Notes under the pieces: generated by a model | The model's input: only the letters and a program-made list of their open reading frames with translations | Told to the model about the DNA's origin: nothing | Database searches by the model: none | From: an uncultured Sphingopyxis sp. | GTDB taxonomy: Bacteria > Pseudomonadota > Alphaproteobacteria > Sphingomonadales > Sphingomonadaceae | Assembly: GCA_964607625.1 (NCBI GenBank) | Contig: CAZSMB010000001.1 | Span: 6,090 to 70,089 of the forward strand | Reading direction: 5' to 3' | Length of the DNA: 64,000 nt | Shown: piece by piece, positions 29,329 to 39,111 of the stretch | Numbering within the stretch: the stretch's first letter is position 1 | How the letters are laid out: each line of letters starts with the position of its first letter | Made by a program: the position numbers and the translations under genes

Positions 29329-30477
29329 ATGCACATAGTCGACTTCCGCATTACCCGCTTTCAGTTTGCCCGCGACAGGGTGATCGGCGACAGCCAGGTG
29401 CGCGCCGACGACGTCCATCTCGCGGCGCTGGAATTGGTCGATTCGACCGGCCGGACCGGGCTGGGTTTCGTGCAGTCGCTCTTTCACCCGCTGCCCGCGG
29501 AACGCGAGATCGAGCGCATATTCCGCAGCGAAGCGTGGCCCGCACTCGAAGGGCAAAGCGCCCAGGCGCTCGCGCATCGAGTGGGCCGGCCGCGCGGCGG
29601 CAATATTCGCCGGATGAGCATCCCGTTCGAGGAGGCGCTCCAGCAGGCGATCTGGGACCTCGCGGCAAAGGCGGTCGATCTGCCGCTCTGGAAAATGCTC
29701 GGTGCGCGGCGCGACCGTGTGCGCGCCTATGCAAGCGGGCTGGATTTTCACCTGTCCGACGAGGCGTTCGGCGCGCTGTTCGCTTCGGCGGCGGAGCAAG
29801 GCTATACGGCGTTCAAGATCAAGGTCGGCCATCCCGAACTGGACCGCGACATCCACCGGCTCGATCTGTTGAAGCGCGCTGTCGGCAAGGACGCGACGGT
29901 CATGGTCGACGCGAACGAAGCCTGGTCCCCGAAACAGACGGTGCAGAATATTGCGGCCATGCGCCGGGCCGGCCATCCCATCTACTGGATGGAGGATCCC
30001 ATCCTGCGCTCCGATTTCGAAGGCCTGCGGATGTTGCGCGGCGCGCTGGGGGAGACCTTGCTCAATTCGGGGGAATATCTCGACGTTTCGGGCAAGCGCG
30101 CGCTGATCCAGGCGGGGGCCGCCGACATGCTCAACGTGCACGGCCACGTCACGGACGTGATGCGGATCGGCTGGCTTGCCGCCGATATGGCGGTGCCGGT
30201 GACGATGGGCAACAGCTTCCTCGAGATCGGGGTCAACATGGCGCTGGCATTGCCCGAGGTCGACTGGCTGGAATATAGTTTCCAGAATTTCGAACATCTG
30301 GTCGAGCAGCCCTATCGCATCGAAAACGGCTTCATCAGCGGCAACGACGCGCCGGGGCACGGCCTGGTCCTGTGCGAAACCGCGCGACGCGAACAGCGGC
30401 GACCCGACCTGCTGGCGCGCGACGCGCTTGGCCCGGCGCCCGAGCAGCAGCGGATGACGGTGCGCAGGGCGGCATAG
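29329..30477 (+). CDS. Mandelate racemase/enolase-superfamily enzyme, probable acid-sugar dehydratase
   Basis: AIWDLAAK, YASG, the KxK motif FKIKVG, metal-ligand motifs VDANE, EDP and SGE, and PGHG. Confidence 0.82.
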   Translation: MHIVDFRITRFQFARDRVIGDSQVRADDVHLAALELVDSTGRTGLGFVQSLFHPLPAEREIERIFRSEAWPALEGQSAQALAHRVGRPRGGNIRRMSIPFEEALQQAIWDLAAKAVDLPLWKMLGARRDRVRAYASGLDFHLSDEAFGALFASAAEQGYTAFKIKVGHPELDRDIHRLDLLKRAVGKDATVMVDANEAWSPKQTVQNIAAMRRAGHPIYWMEDPILRSDFEGLRMLRGALGETLLNSGEYLDVSGKRALIQAGAADMLNVHGHVTDVMRIGWLAADMAVPVTMGNSFLEIGVNMALALPEVDWLEYSFQNFEHLVEQPYRIENGFISGNDAPGHGLVLCETARREQRRPDLLARDALGPAPEQQRMTVRRAA

Positions 30478-30516
30478 ATTTGTCGAGCCGGAACGGCCGC
30501 CGAATGGGAGGATAGC

Positions 30517-31818
30517 ATGTCGGACCTCAATGCCGCCTATGCCGGCGGGGCGCCCGAAGAAGCGGCGTTCCTGCAGGGTGAGGCCGCCCACGCCCGCGGA
30601 CGCGCTAAATGGGTCCTGCTCGCATCGCTGACGAGTGTATTCTTCGTGTTGCTCGCCCTCTATGCGGCGGTGCTCTCGGTCCTCTTGCCCAACCAGATCC
30701 AGGCGATCGATCCCGCGAACAAGGCGAGCGGGCTGGCGCTGGTCTTTGCCATCACCTCGATCTTCAGCACGTTGACGACGCCGATCGCCGGCGCCCTGTC
30801 CGATCGCACGCGAACCCGGATCGGCCGCCGGACGCCGTGGATCGTTCTCGGTTCGCTGGCGGGCGGGGCGTGCCTGTTCGCCGTTTCGCAGATGACGCAG
30901 CTGTGGACGATCACCCTGTTCTGGGTCGGTGCGACGGTCGCGCTCAATTCGATGCAGGCGGCGCTGACCACGGTGGTCGCCGACCGCTTCGCTCCGAACG
31001 AGCGCGGCACCGCTTCGGGTTTCGTGGGCGCCGGCATGACCTCCGGCCTGACGGTCGGGACGATCGTGGCGGGTCTTTTAGCCGGGACGATCGCCTATGC
31101 CTATTGGTTGTTCGCCGCGGCGATCGTCGTCGTCTGTTTCGCGTTCGTCCTGATCAACCGGGAGCCGAAGGTCACAGCGCCGATGCCGCCGCGCTTCCGC
31201 CCGGCCGAATTCCTGAAAAGCTTTTGGGTCAGCCCGCGCGAGCATCCCGATTTCGCCTGGGCCTTCTTCGGGCGCTTCACGATCTACATGGGGTATCAGG
31301 GCGTGATCACCTACATGCTCTATATCCTGCAGGATTACATCGGCCTGTCGCTTGCCGACGCGAACAAGACGATCGCGACCCTGTCGACGATCACCTTTTT
31401 TGCGCTGGTCTTTGCCGCCTTTACGTCGGGGCTGCTGTCCGACCGGATCGGCCGCCGCAAGCCTATCGTTTTCGCGTCGAGCATCGTGATGGGCGCCGCG
31501 CTTACTGTGCCTTTGTTCCTGCCGTCGCTTCAGGGCATGCTGATCTATGCCGCGCTGATCGGCATCGGCTATGGCGCCTTCATGTCGGTCGACATGGCGT
31601 TGATGACGCAGGTTCTGCCCAAGGCCGACGGCGAGGCGACGGGCAAGGATCTGGGGATATTGACGACCGCGGTGAATATCCCGCAAATCCTGAGCCCGGT
31701 GCTCGCGGCCTGGCTGCTCAACCTGTCGGGCGGCGATTACACCGCGCTGTTCATCGCCGCGATCGCCTTCGTCTATGCGGGGTCCTTCCTGGTGCTTCCG
31801 ATCAAGAGCGTGAAATAA
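30517..31818 (+). CDS. MFS transporter
   Basis: GALSDRTRTRIGRR and SDRIGRRK; about 12 TM segments. Confidence 0.88.
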   Translation: MSDLNAAYAGGAPEEAAFLQGEAAHARGRAKWVLLASLTSVFFVLLALYAAVLSVLLPNQIQAIDPANKASGLALVFAITSIFSTLTTPIAGALSDRTRTRIGRRTPWIVLGSLAGGACLFAVSQMTQLWTITLFWVGATVALNSMQAALTTVVADRFAPNERGTASGFVGAGMTSGLTVGTIVAGLLAGTIAYAYWLFAAAIVVVCFAFVLINREPKVTAPMPPRFRPAEFLKSFWVSPREHPDFAWAFFGRFTIYMGYQGVITYMLYILQDYIGLSLADANKTIATLSTITFFALVFAAFTSGLLSDRIGRRKPIVFASSIVMGAALTVPLFLPSLQGMLIYAALIGIGYGAFMSVDMALMTQVLPKADGEATGKDLGILTTAVNIPQILSPVLAAWLLNLSGGDYTALFIAAIAFVYAGSFLVLPIKSVK

Positions 31819-31846
31819 CGCCGGCCGGATCGACGTCGGACCACGG

Positions 31847-33979
31847 TCACTCGCCGGCGGGTTTCGATGCCTGCACGCCCTTTGGATCGTTGCGGCCATA
31901 GGTCCCGCTGCCGCGGGGCAGCGCCGGCGGCAGATCGCCTTTCGGCCGGGGCCGGTAGTCGCGATAGGCGGGGACGCGGCTTTCGGCCTCCAGCCCCGCA
32001 TTGCCCATCACGTGCCGTGCGCCGCCCGGCCAGCTGTTGAAGCGGACGAGATGATCGTCCTCGATCCGGTTGTTCATATAGGCGTTCCAGATCCCGCCGA
32101 CATTCGTCGCCTGGTGCCAGTTGCCCCGCGCGACATTGTTTCGGGAATTGGTCCGCCCCGGTTGAAAGGCGTGGGCGGTGTTGACGTTCAGCCACTGGCG
32201 GACATCGCCTTCGACCACATTGTCGCGAACGGTAAAGCCGCGCGACCCTTCGTCCAGATAGAGGGCGACGCGCGGGCCGATGTCGAAGATGTGGTTCTCG
32301 GCGATCACGCAGTCGGTGCAGGCCGACAGGTTATAGATGGCGCCGCCGTCGTCGGCGACCTGCTTGACGTCGTAGACGCGATTGAAGGCGACGATTGCGT
32401 CGCGGCGGATCGTCGGCGTGTCCCAGACCGGATTGACCCCCGAATCGTAACCGCGCTGGCGTGCGCGGTAGTTGGGATTTCCGCCCTGGTCGACATAGCC
32501 CCAGCCAAAGCCGATATCGATGCCGTCGTACGGCGCGTCGGAAATGTCGTTGTGGATGATGATCGAATCGTCCCAATAGGTCGCGATCAGGGCGGCATTG
32601 TCGGTATAGTCGCGCCCGACCCCCTGGATCAGGTTGCTGCGGATCATCAACTGGCGATTGGTCAGCCCCGGATCGGACGGGTGATGCGCGTCGGGCCGGA
32701 CCCCTCCGGCGACGATGGCGCCGCCCGAAAGGTCGGCGAACAGATTGTCGCGCACCGTGACGTCGACCGTGGCCAGACCGACGCCCGAAATATTGGCATT
32801 CGCATCCATCCCGATTCCCAGCGCATATTGGCCGAGATGCGCGAAGATATTCTCGCTGATCGTCACATGCTGTGCGGCCGAGACCTGGACGGCCGCCGGC
32901 ATCTGGCGCCAGGCGTTGCGTTCATTCTCGAACTCGGGACAGCCCTGCCGGCACATGGTAAGCGCGTTAGCGGGAAAGGCCCTGGATGCCCCGGCGATAA
33001 AGGTCCCGCTCTGCTGGTTCGCATATCCGTCGCGCGACGGTCCGGTCCAGCTTGTATGCGAAAAGCGGAAACCCGACAGCGTCAGATCGCGGATCGGATG
33101 CTCGACCGTTCCCGCGATGCTGACGAGCGCGGACAGGCGTGGCAACTGGACGTCTACGCTTGCCATGTCGACGCCCGCGGTCGGCTTGTAATAGAGCTTG
33201 CCGGCTTCGGGATCGAGATACCATTCGCCCGCTTCGTCGAGCAAGGCGAGGGCGTTGGACAGATAGAGGCGCGCCGCTTTGGGGTGAAAGGGGTCGGGGA
33301 TCGTGTCATAGCCCCAGACATTGTTGTTCCAGGCGGGTTGGCGCATGTCGAGCCGCGAGCCCGTTATCCGGTCCACCGGAGAAAAACGGTGCGTGAAAAA
33401 TCCCGTTGCCTCGACGTCGACGTGGCGCTCGCCCGCCGCCCCTGCCGCTGCCTTGGCGCTGGCGCCGACAAGGCTGATCCCGCCTTCGTCGAACGTGGCG
33501 TCGGCGCGGCTGATTTCGGTGCGGGCGCGCCGGGCAAGTCGCCCGTCGACCCACAGCTGTCGCGCCGACAGGCCTTTCGGTACGTCGGCGACATAGATAT
33601 TGCGCGCGCTGTCCTGAAGCCGCCAGCCGGTGACCGCCATGCCTCCGGTAATCAGGGGGCGCGCATCGTCGGCCCCGCGCCAGCGCACGGCAAAGCCGTT
33701 CCGTCCGCCGTCCCTGGCGGTGAAGACCAGCGGCCTGGTCAGCGCCCAGCGCCCTCCGTGAACGATGACGGTTACGTCCCGATCCGCATTCGCAGCGCGC
33801 ACTGCGGCCTGTGCACGCTCCAGGGTGCGAAACGGTGCGTCGGCGGTTCCGGCGGCGGTGTCGTCGCCGTCGGGGGCGACATGATATTCGACCGATGGCT
33901 TGTCCCAGCTCGTCTGGGCGGTCGCCGCCCCCGCGCTCGCCGCGCACATCGCGACCAGCATCATCCGTCGCATCATCAT
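31847..33979 (-). CDS. Secreted right-handed beta-helix protein, GH141-like (paralogue 1)
   Basis: Signal peptide; HVAPDGDD..GT..PFRTLERA, GEWYLD, IIHNDI, DGGAIY and LYLDEGS. Confidence 0.7.
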   Translation of the reverse strand: MMMRRMMLVAMCAASAGAATAQTSWDKPSVEYHVAPDGDDTAAGTADAPFRTLERAQAAVRAANADRDVTVIVHGGRWALTRPLVFTARDGGRNGFAVRWRGADDARPLITGGMAVTGWRLQDSARNIYVADVPKGLSARQLWVDGRLARRARTEISRADATFDEGGISLVGASAKAAAGAAGERHVDVEATGFFTHRFSPVDRITGSRLDMRQPAWNNNVWGYDTIPDPFHPKAARLYLSNALALLDEAGEWYLDPEAGKLYYKPTAGVDMASVDVQLPRLSALVSIAGTVEHPIRDLTLSGFRFSHTSWTGPSRDGYANQQSGTFIAGASRAFPANALTMCRQGCPEFENERNAWRQMPAAVQVSAAQHVTISENIFAHLGQYALGIGMDANANISGVGLATVDVTVRDNLFADLSGGAIVAGGVRPDAHHPSDPGLTNRQLMIRSNLIQGVGRDYTDNAALIATYWDDSIIIHNDISDAPYDGIDIGFGWGYVDQGGNPNYRARQRGYDSGVNPVWDTPTIRRDAIVAFNRVYDVKQVADDGGAIYNLSACTDCVIAENHIFDIGPRVALYLDEGSRGFTVRDNVVEGDVRQWLNVNTAHAFQPGRTNSRNNVARGNWHQATNVGGIWNAYMNNRIEDDHLVRFNSWPGGARHVMGNAGLEAESRVPAYRDYRPRPKGDLPPALPRGSGTYGRNDPKGVQASKPAGE

Positions 33980-34019
33980 CCGGATCTCCCTTGGTTCCCG
34001 TCTTCCGCGCGGGCCGATA

Positions 34020-34790
34020 TCAGCGTCGGCGAAATTGCGGCGGCCGCTTTTCCGCAAAGGCCGCGCGCCCCTCTTTCGCATCCTCCGTTGCAAAGCAGAT
34101 CGCCTGGAGGTCGCGTTCATATTCCATCGCCTTGTCGAGCGGCATCGATACCGCGGCGCGCAGGTTGAGCTTCGCGGTTTCGGCGGCGATCGGTGCGCGC
34201 GAGGCGATGGTCGCCGCGAGTTCGCGAGCGCGGTCCATCAGGCCCTCGGGCTCCACGACTTCGCTGACGAGTCCCCATTGCAGCGCGCGCTGCGCGTCGA
34301 TCATGTCGCCCGACATGATCATCAGCGCGGCGTTGGACAGGCCGATCGAATGCGCCAGCATCGCCGCCATGCCGCCGCCGCCGATCCAGCCGAGCTTGAT
34401 CTCGGGCGCGGCGAAGCGCGCGGTGCTCGATGCGAGGCGGATATCGCACGACAGGGCGGTTTCCAGCCCGCCGCCGAGTGCATAGCCGTTCACCGCGGCG
34501 ATCGTCGGCTTCAGCAGGCGATGGATCGCGTCGCAATAATCGGACCGGTTGCGAAAATCCCACGGCGTCGCATAGCGATCGAGTTCCGAAATATCGGACC
34601 CGGCGCAGAACGCCTTTGGCCCGGCGCCGGTCACGATCACGCAGCGGATCGCGTCGCTGTCGTTGCATTCGGTCACCGCCTCGACGATCGCCTTCGCCAT
34701 CGCGGGGGTTGCGGCATTGAACTTGTCGGGGCGGTTGAGCGTGATCGTGGCGACGGCACCGTCGATGGTGAACTGGACCGTGTCGGTCAT
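34020..34790 (-). CDS. Enoyl-CoA hydratase/isomerase (crotonase family)
   Basis: LNRPDKFNA, FCAGSD, GYALGGGLE and PEIKLG. Confidence 0.9.
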   Translation of the reverse strand: MTDTVQFTIDGAVATITLNRPDKFNAATPAMAKAIVEAVTECNDSDAIRCVIVTGAGPKAFCAGSDISELDRYATPWDFRNRSDYCDAIHRLLKPTIAAVNGYALGGGLETALSCDIRLASSTARFAAPEIKLGWIGGGGMAAMLAHSIGLSNAALMIMSGDMIDAQRALQWGLVSEVVEPEGLMDRARELAATIASRAPIAAETAKLNLRAAVSMPLDKAMEYERDLQAICFATEDAKEGRAAFAEKRPPQFRRR

Positions 34791-35908
34791 GGCAGGCGGC
34801 TCCGGGTATAGGCGGCCTGCAGCTCTTCGAGCAGGGCCGCGTGTCGCACAGGGGAACGGATCGCGTCGCGGATCAACGCGGCCGCCTCGGTCTGAAAGGC
34901 GATCGCGCCATCGTGGCGCGGGCGGATATGGGCGGCCTCCAGCGTCGCCGCCGTATTCCGATAGAAATTGCCCCACCGCGCATTGACCGCCTCGTCGTGC
35001 CATGCCGAACACCGGCTCGGCTGGCCGTCGTGCGCGGGGATGAACGCGCTTTGCGCCTCGTCGCTCATCAGCCAGCGCAGGTGGGCGATGAGGGCCGGCG
35101 TTACGCGGCACCGCGCCGAGATGCCGATTCCGGTGCCGCCGAGGGTCGAGCCGGGGGCGCCGTCGGCACAGACCCGCGGGGCATCGGTGAAGGCGAGGGG
35201 TTTCGCCGCGGCATCGGCTGGCGCCGCATAGTTGACGTACCCATAGACCAGCGGACACAGCGCGACATCGTCGTGCGCGGCCATGTGGCCCAGGATCCCG
35301 ATCGGATTCAGGCCGCGTACCGACGCCGGGCTGCGCGCGGCAAGCGTCGCCATGATATCGAGGGCGCGTGCGCCGGCGTCCGTCGAGACGAAAATATCGG
35401 GGTCGTCCGCCGCGCATCGCTCGCCGAGCGCGGCGACGATCGACTGGAAAGACAGGACGCTGTGCGGACCGGCAAGCGACAGCGCCACGGGCGCGCGTTC
35501 GGACAGCGTGACGACCTCGTCCCATGTTCGCGGCGCCTCGCCCACCAGATCGGGGCGGCGCGCCATGACCTGCGTGGCGGCGTCGAGCGGCAAGGCCCAA
35601 TGGCGTCCCTCGTAGCGATAGCTCGCGAGGCTGGGACCGATGCTGTCGGCCTCGAGCGCCGCGATCTCGCCCGCATCGAAATGATCCTCCAGCGGTTGCA
35701 GGCATCCCGCCGCGACGGCTTCGCCGACATGCGGATGGTCGAGCACGACCAGGTCGTAGCGCGCGCACAGGTCGGCGATCGGGTGCGCTTCGAACCCTTC
35801 GAGCGGATGCCTGTCCCATTCGAGCGTGTCGTCGGACAATCCGGCCGACGCGGCGGCAAGTGCGGTATAGCCGCGCGGATGGTCCCAGGTCAGGCCGCGG
35901 TAGTGCAT
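34787..35908 (-). CDS. Solute-binding-protein-fold protein without a signal peptide
   Basis: Resembles family-1 SBPs (DLVVLDHP, WALPLD, P.TWDEV, GGTGIGIS) but starts MHYRGLTWDHPRGY with no hydrophobic leader or lipobox. Confidence 0.65.
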   Translation of the reverse strand: MHYRGLTWDHPRGYTALAAASAGLSDDTLEWDRHPLEGFEAHPIADLCARYDLVVLDHPHVGEAVAAGCLQPLEDHFDAGEIAALEADSIGPSLASYRYEGRHWALPLDAATQVMARRPDLVGEAPRTWDEVVTLSERAPVALSLAGPHSVLSFQSIVAALGERCAADDPDIFVSTDAGARALDIMATLAARSPASVRGLNPIGILGHMAAHDDVALCPLVYGYVNYAAPADAAAKPLAFTDAPRVCADGAPGSTLGGTGIGISARCRVTPALIAHLRWLMSDEAQSAFIPAHDGQPSRCSAWHDEAVNARWGNFYRNTAATLEAAHIRPRHDGAIAFQTEAAALIRDAIRSPVRHAALLEELQAAYTRSRLP

Positions 35909-37095
35909 CAGTCCTGCTTCACGACGCCGCCCGCGAGCAGGCGGTCGATCTCGTCGGCGGCGATGCCCGCTTCGGTCAGGATATCGCGTGTATGTTCGCC
36001 GACCTGGGGCGCGCCGCGATCGAGCGCGGCGGGGCTTTTGGAAAAGCGAATGGGAAAGCCCGGCGTCTTCACCCGGCCTTCGCTGGGATGGTCATATTCG
36101 ATAAAGCTGCCATTGTGCTTGACCTGCGGGTCTTCGACCAGGTCGGCATAGCCGTGGACCGGGCCCGCCCAGACGCCGGCGGGCAGCAGGATGTCGAGCC
36201 ACTCGCTCGTCGTCTTTTCCTTCAGCCGCGCGCGCGTCTTTGCGAAAATCGCGTCGCGGTGAGTCCAGCTGTCGGTCTCGTCATCCATTCCGGCGAAGCT
36301 CGGCTCGCCGATCAGGCCGCCGAAACTGTCGAGGCTGGCAAAGGCGACGACGATATGGCTGTCCGCGGTTTCGAACACGCCATAGGGCGCGCGGATATAG
36401 CTGTGGGCATGCGGCTCCGCGGATCGCGTCTGCGGTTTGCCGCCGACCGTGTGGACCGAGATTTCCTGCATCTGCACCGCGGCCATCGCGTCGAGCATAT
36501 TGACCTGCACAAGCTGTCCCTCGCCGGTGCGTTCGCGGTGCAGGAGCGCGGCAAGCGCGCCCTCGAAGGCTGTGTAGGCCGTGACCGCATCGGCCAGAAA
36601 TTGACCGGCGGGTTGCGGCGGATCGCTTGCGCGCCCGGCTGAAAGCATCGCCCCCGAAAGTGCCTGGAGCAACAGATCCTGTCCCGGACGATCGACATAG
36701 GGACCGCTCTCGCCATATCCCGACATCGAAACATAGACGAGCCGTGGATTGATCGCGGACAGCGTGTCGTAGTCGACGCCGAGGCGCTTCGCGACGCCAG
36801 GCCGGTAATTCTGGATGAAGACATCGGCGGTCTTTACGAGATCGAGCAGGATCGCCTTGCCTTCGGGGGATTTGAGATCGACCGCCAGCGACCGCTTGTT
36901 GCGGTTGAGCGAGAGGAAGGAGACGTTGATCCGGTTGCCGCGCGCCCCGCCCGCGGAGGCGTGGCGCTGCCATTCGCCGGTGACCGGTTCGACCTTGATC
37001 ACATCGGCGCCCAGGTCGCCAAGCCGCTGCGCCGCGAACGGGCCCGCCATCGCGATCGAGCAATCGAGAACCCGATAGCCGCTCAAAATTCCCAT
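35908..37095 (-). CDS. Class III CoA-transferase (CaiB/BaiF family)
   Basis: AGPFAAQRLGDLGADVIKVEP, NRNKRS, NYRPG, SGYG..GP and PGQD. Confidence 0.92.
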   Translation of the reverse strand: MGILSGYRVLDCSIAMAGPFAAQRLGDLGADVIKVEPVTGEWQRHASAGGARGNRINVSFLSLNRNKRSLAVDLKSPEGKAILLDLVKTADVFIQNYRPGVAKRLGVDYDTLSAINPRLVYVSMSGYGESGPYVDRPGQDLLLQALSGAMLSAGRASDPPQPAGQFLADAVTAYTAFEGALAALLHRERTGEGQLVQVNMLDAMAAVQMQEISVHTVGGKPQTRSAEPHAHSYIRAPYGVFETADSHIVVAFASLDSFGGLIGEPSFAGMDDETDSWTHRDAIFAKTRARLKEKTTSEWLDILLPAGVWAGPVHGYADLVEDPQVKHNGSFIEYDHPSEGRVKTPGFPIRFSKSPAALDRGAPQVGEHTRDILTEAGIAADEIDRLLAGGVVKQD

Positions 37096-37111
37096 GATCC
37101 GCTGCTTTCCT

Positions 37112-37858
37112 TTAATGCATGACCCAGCCGCCGTCGACGTTCAGCGTCTGGCCGGTGATGAATCCCGCCGCGTCGGAGGCAAGGAAGGCGAGCGCTTCGG
37201 CAATGTCGTCGGGGGTGCCGCGGCGCTTGACCGCCTGATGATCGAGCACGAAGCGCGTATAGCCTTCGGGGTCGGGGTGGATTTTTTCGGCATCGGTGGG
37301 AAAGGCGCCCGGTGCGATCGCGTTGACCGTAATCCCGTCGGGGCCGAATTCGCGCGCCCACGCCCGCGTCAGGCCGACCAGCGCTCCCTTCGACGCTACA
37401 TAGGGAGAGAGCAGGGCCCAGCCGCCGTAGAAGGTGACGCTGGCGATGTTGACGATGCGCCCCCAGCCGCGCGCCCGCATCGTCGGCCGCGCCACCTGGA
37501 CAGCGACGATCGCGGCGTCGACATTGACCCGCTGGACCGCCTGATGCTCCTCGACCGTAAAGTCGTCGAAGGGTTTGGACGGATAGATTGCGGCATTGTT
37601 GATCACGACATCGAACCCGCCGGTCGCGGCGCTCGCTTCGGTCAGGGCGGCGCGAAAGCCGTCCAGGTCCGCCATGTCGGCGGCGACCAGGTGCAGGCCC
37701 CCGGCGTCGCCCGCCGCCTCGCGAAGCGCGGCGATCTTTGCCGGATCGTGATCCACCGCGACGACGCGCGCTCCCTTGGCGAGCAGCGCCAGCGTGGAGC
37801 GCAGCCCGAGGCCGCCCGCGGCGCCCGTGTAGAGGATGGTTTTGCCTGCGACGCTCAT
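37112..37858 (-). CDS. SDR-family oxidoreductase (probable sugar dehydrogenase)
   Basis: TGAAGGLG, NNAA, YVASK and NVDGG. Confidence 0.85.
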   Translation of the reverse strand: MSVAGKTILYTGAAGGLGLRSTLALLAKGARVVAVDHDPAKIAALREAAGDAGGLHLVAADMADLDGFRAALTEASAATGGFDVVINNAAIYPSKPFDDFTVEEHQAVQRVNVDAAIVAVQVARPTMRARGWGRIVNIASVTFYGGWALLSPYVASKGALVGLTRAWAREFGPDGITVNAIAPGAFPTDAEKIHPDPEGYTRFVLDHQAVKRRGTPDDIAEALAFLASDAAGFITGQTLNVDGGWVMH

Positions 37859-39045
37859 GCCCGCCCCTCCCGCACGGCAATCGGGCGATAGGTGCCGGTG
37901 GGTTCGGGATAATCGCTGTCGGGCTGCGGTGCGATCGCGCGGATCCGGCTTTCGCTGGCGGCGATCGCGTCGGCGCCGTCGAGAATGCGAAACACCGTGT
38001 CATATGTGCGTGCGTCGCCATGCTCGAGCCAGATCAGTTCGCCGCGCTCGCGCGCGAACGGTTTGCCGAGCACATGGTTCGTGGAGGGTTCGATCCCCAG
38101 GGCATATTGGCCCGATTGCAGGTTCTGCCACTGGTACTGGCAGGGGAATTGATCCTTGCGGGTCACCACTTCGATGCCGAGTCCCGCGACATCGTTGACC
38201 AGCGCGACCGGCACGCTGCCGGCGGCGTCGGCGACCATCTCGTGCTGCCAGACCTGTTCGTGAAAATTCATCTGCGGCGCCGGCAGGGTTCGATATCCGA
38301 CCCCCTGCTTGCGATAATCGGCGCCCGCATGGGCCGCCCACACGGTTTCGGCAATGGGGGCCAGATAGCGCGATCCATCGGCAAGGACCGGGTGGCCGAC
38401 ATTGATATGATAGCAATACATGTGCGGCGTCCGGTAGAAGCCGTGGTTGACGACGCGGTCGTGCAGGTGGATTTCGTCGCCGCCCACCTTCGCCTCGATC
38501 CGGCGGATCAGGTGAAGGTCTTCGCCGAATACGGTCGACTGCTGCACGACGCCCTCGCACCACAGGGTGCAGTCGTCGCCGTCCCACCGCTCGCCATAGC
38601 CGGTCAGCCGCGCCGGGATCGTTCCGACCCGTCCGTGGAGGGAGGAGGACACCGTTTCGCGAGGGCCGTAGACATAATGGCTCGCATCGTCGTCATCCAT
38701 GAACAGCGTGTGGTCGAGCCCGCAGGTGACGACGAGGCCCGAAAAGGAGCGCAGCCAAGCGAGGCCGCCTTCGCCTTCATATTCGTGCAATCCGGGGTGG
38801 CGGAAGCCCGCGGGCGAATTCCACCCGATCGCGCGCCCGTTATGTTCGCAATCGGCGATGTCCAGCGCGCGGTCGACGAGGACGGTGAAGCGCAGTCCGG
38901 TCCCGGTACGGAACTCGAGCATCCGGACGCCGCGCTCAACGCCGTCGCCCAAGGTCATCAGGCGCACCCCGGCGAATTGCGACAGCGCCCCGCAATGCGC
39001 AGCGACGTCGCGACGGCTCATGCTGCGGCCGAAGAGGTCGACCAT
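37855..39045 (-). CDS. DUF4432 / aldose-1-epimerase-fold protein
   Basis: DRALDI, SFSGLVVTCG, LHGR, YHINVG and GIEP. Confidence 0.78.
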   Translation of the reverse strand: MVDLFGRSMSRRDVAAHCGALSQFAGVRLMTLGDGVERGVRMLEFRTGTGLRFTVLVDRALDIADCEHNGRAIGWNSPAGFRHPGLHEYEGEGGLAWLRSFSGLVVTCGLDHTLFMDDDDASHYVYGPRETVSSSLHGRVGTIPARLTGYGERWDGDDCTLWCEGVVQQSTVFGEDLHLIRRIEAKVGGDEIHLHDRVVNHGFYRTPHMYCYHINVGHPVLADGSRYLAPIAETVWAAHAGADYRKQGVGYRTLPAPQMNFHEQVWQHEMVADAAGSVPVALVNDVAGLGIEVVTRKDQFPCQYQWQNLQSGQYALGIEPSTNHVLGKPFARERGELIWLEHGDARTYDTVFRILDGADAIAASESRIRAIAPQPDSDYPEPTGTYRPIAVREGRA

Positions 39046-39111
39046 GAAATTTCCTCTCTGCTGTTATGGGCAAAAGCATATACAGAGAGATCAATTCAAT
39101 CAATAGATATA

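Noticed and set aside
34020-35819. Apparent 599-aa crotonase fusion (similar upstream extensions at 9873, 12088, 19656, 39112-40962 and 41044-43002)
   Set aside because: Artefacts of first-start ORF calling; the true starts overlap upstream stops or follow an SD.
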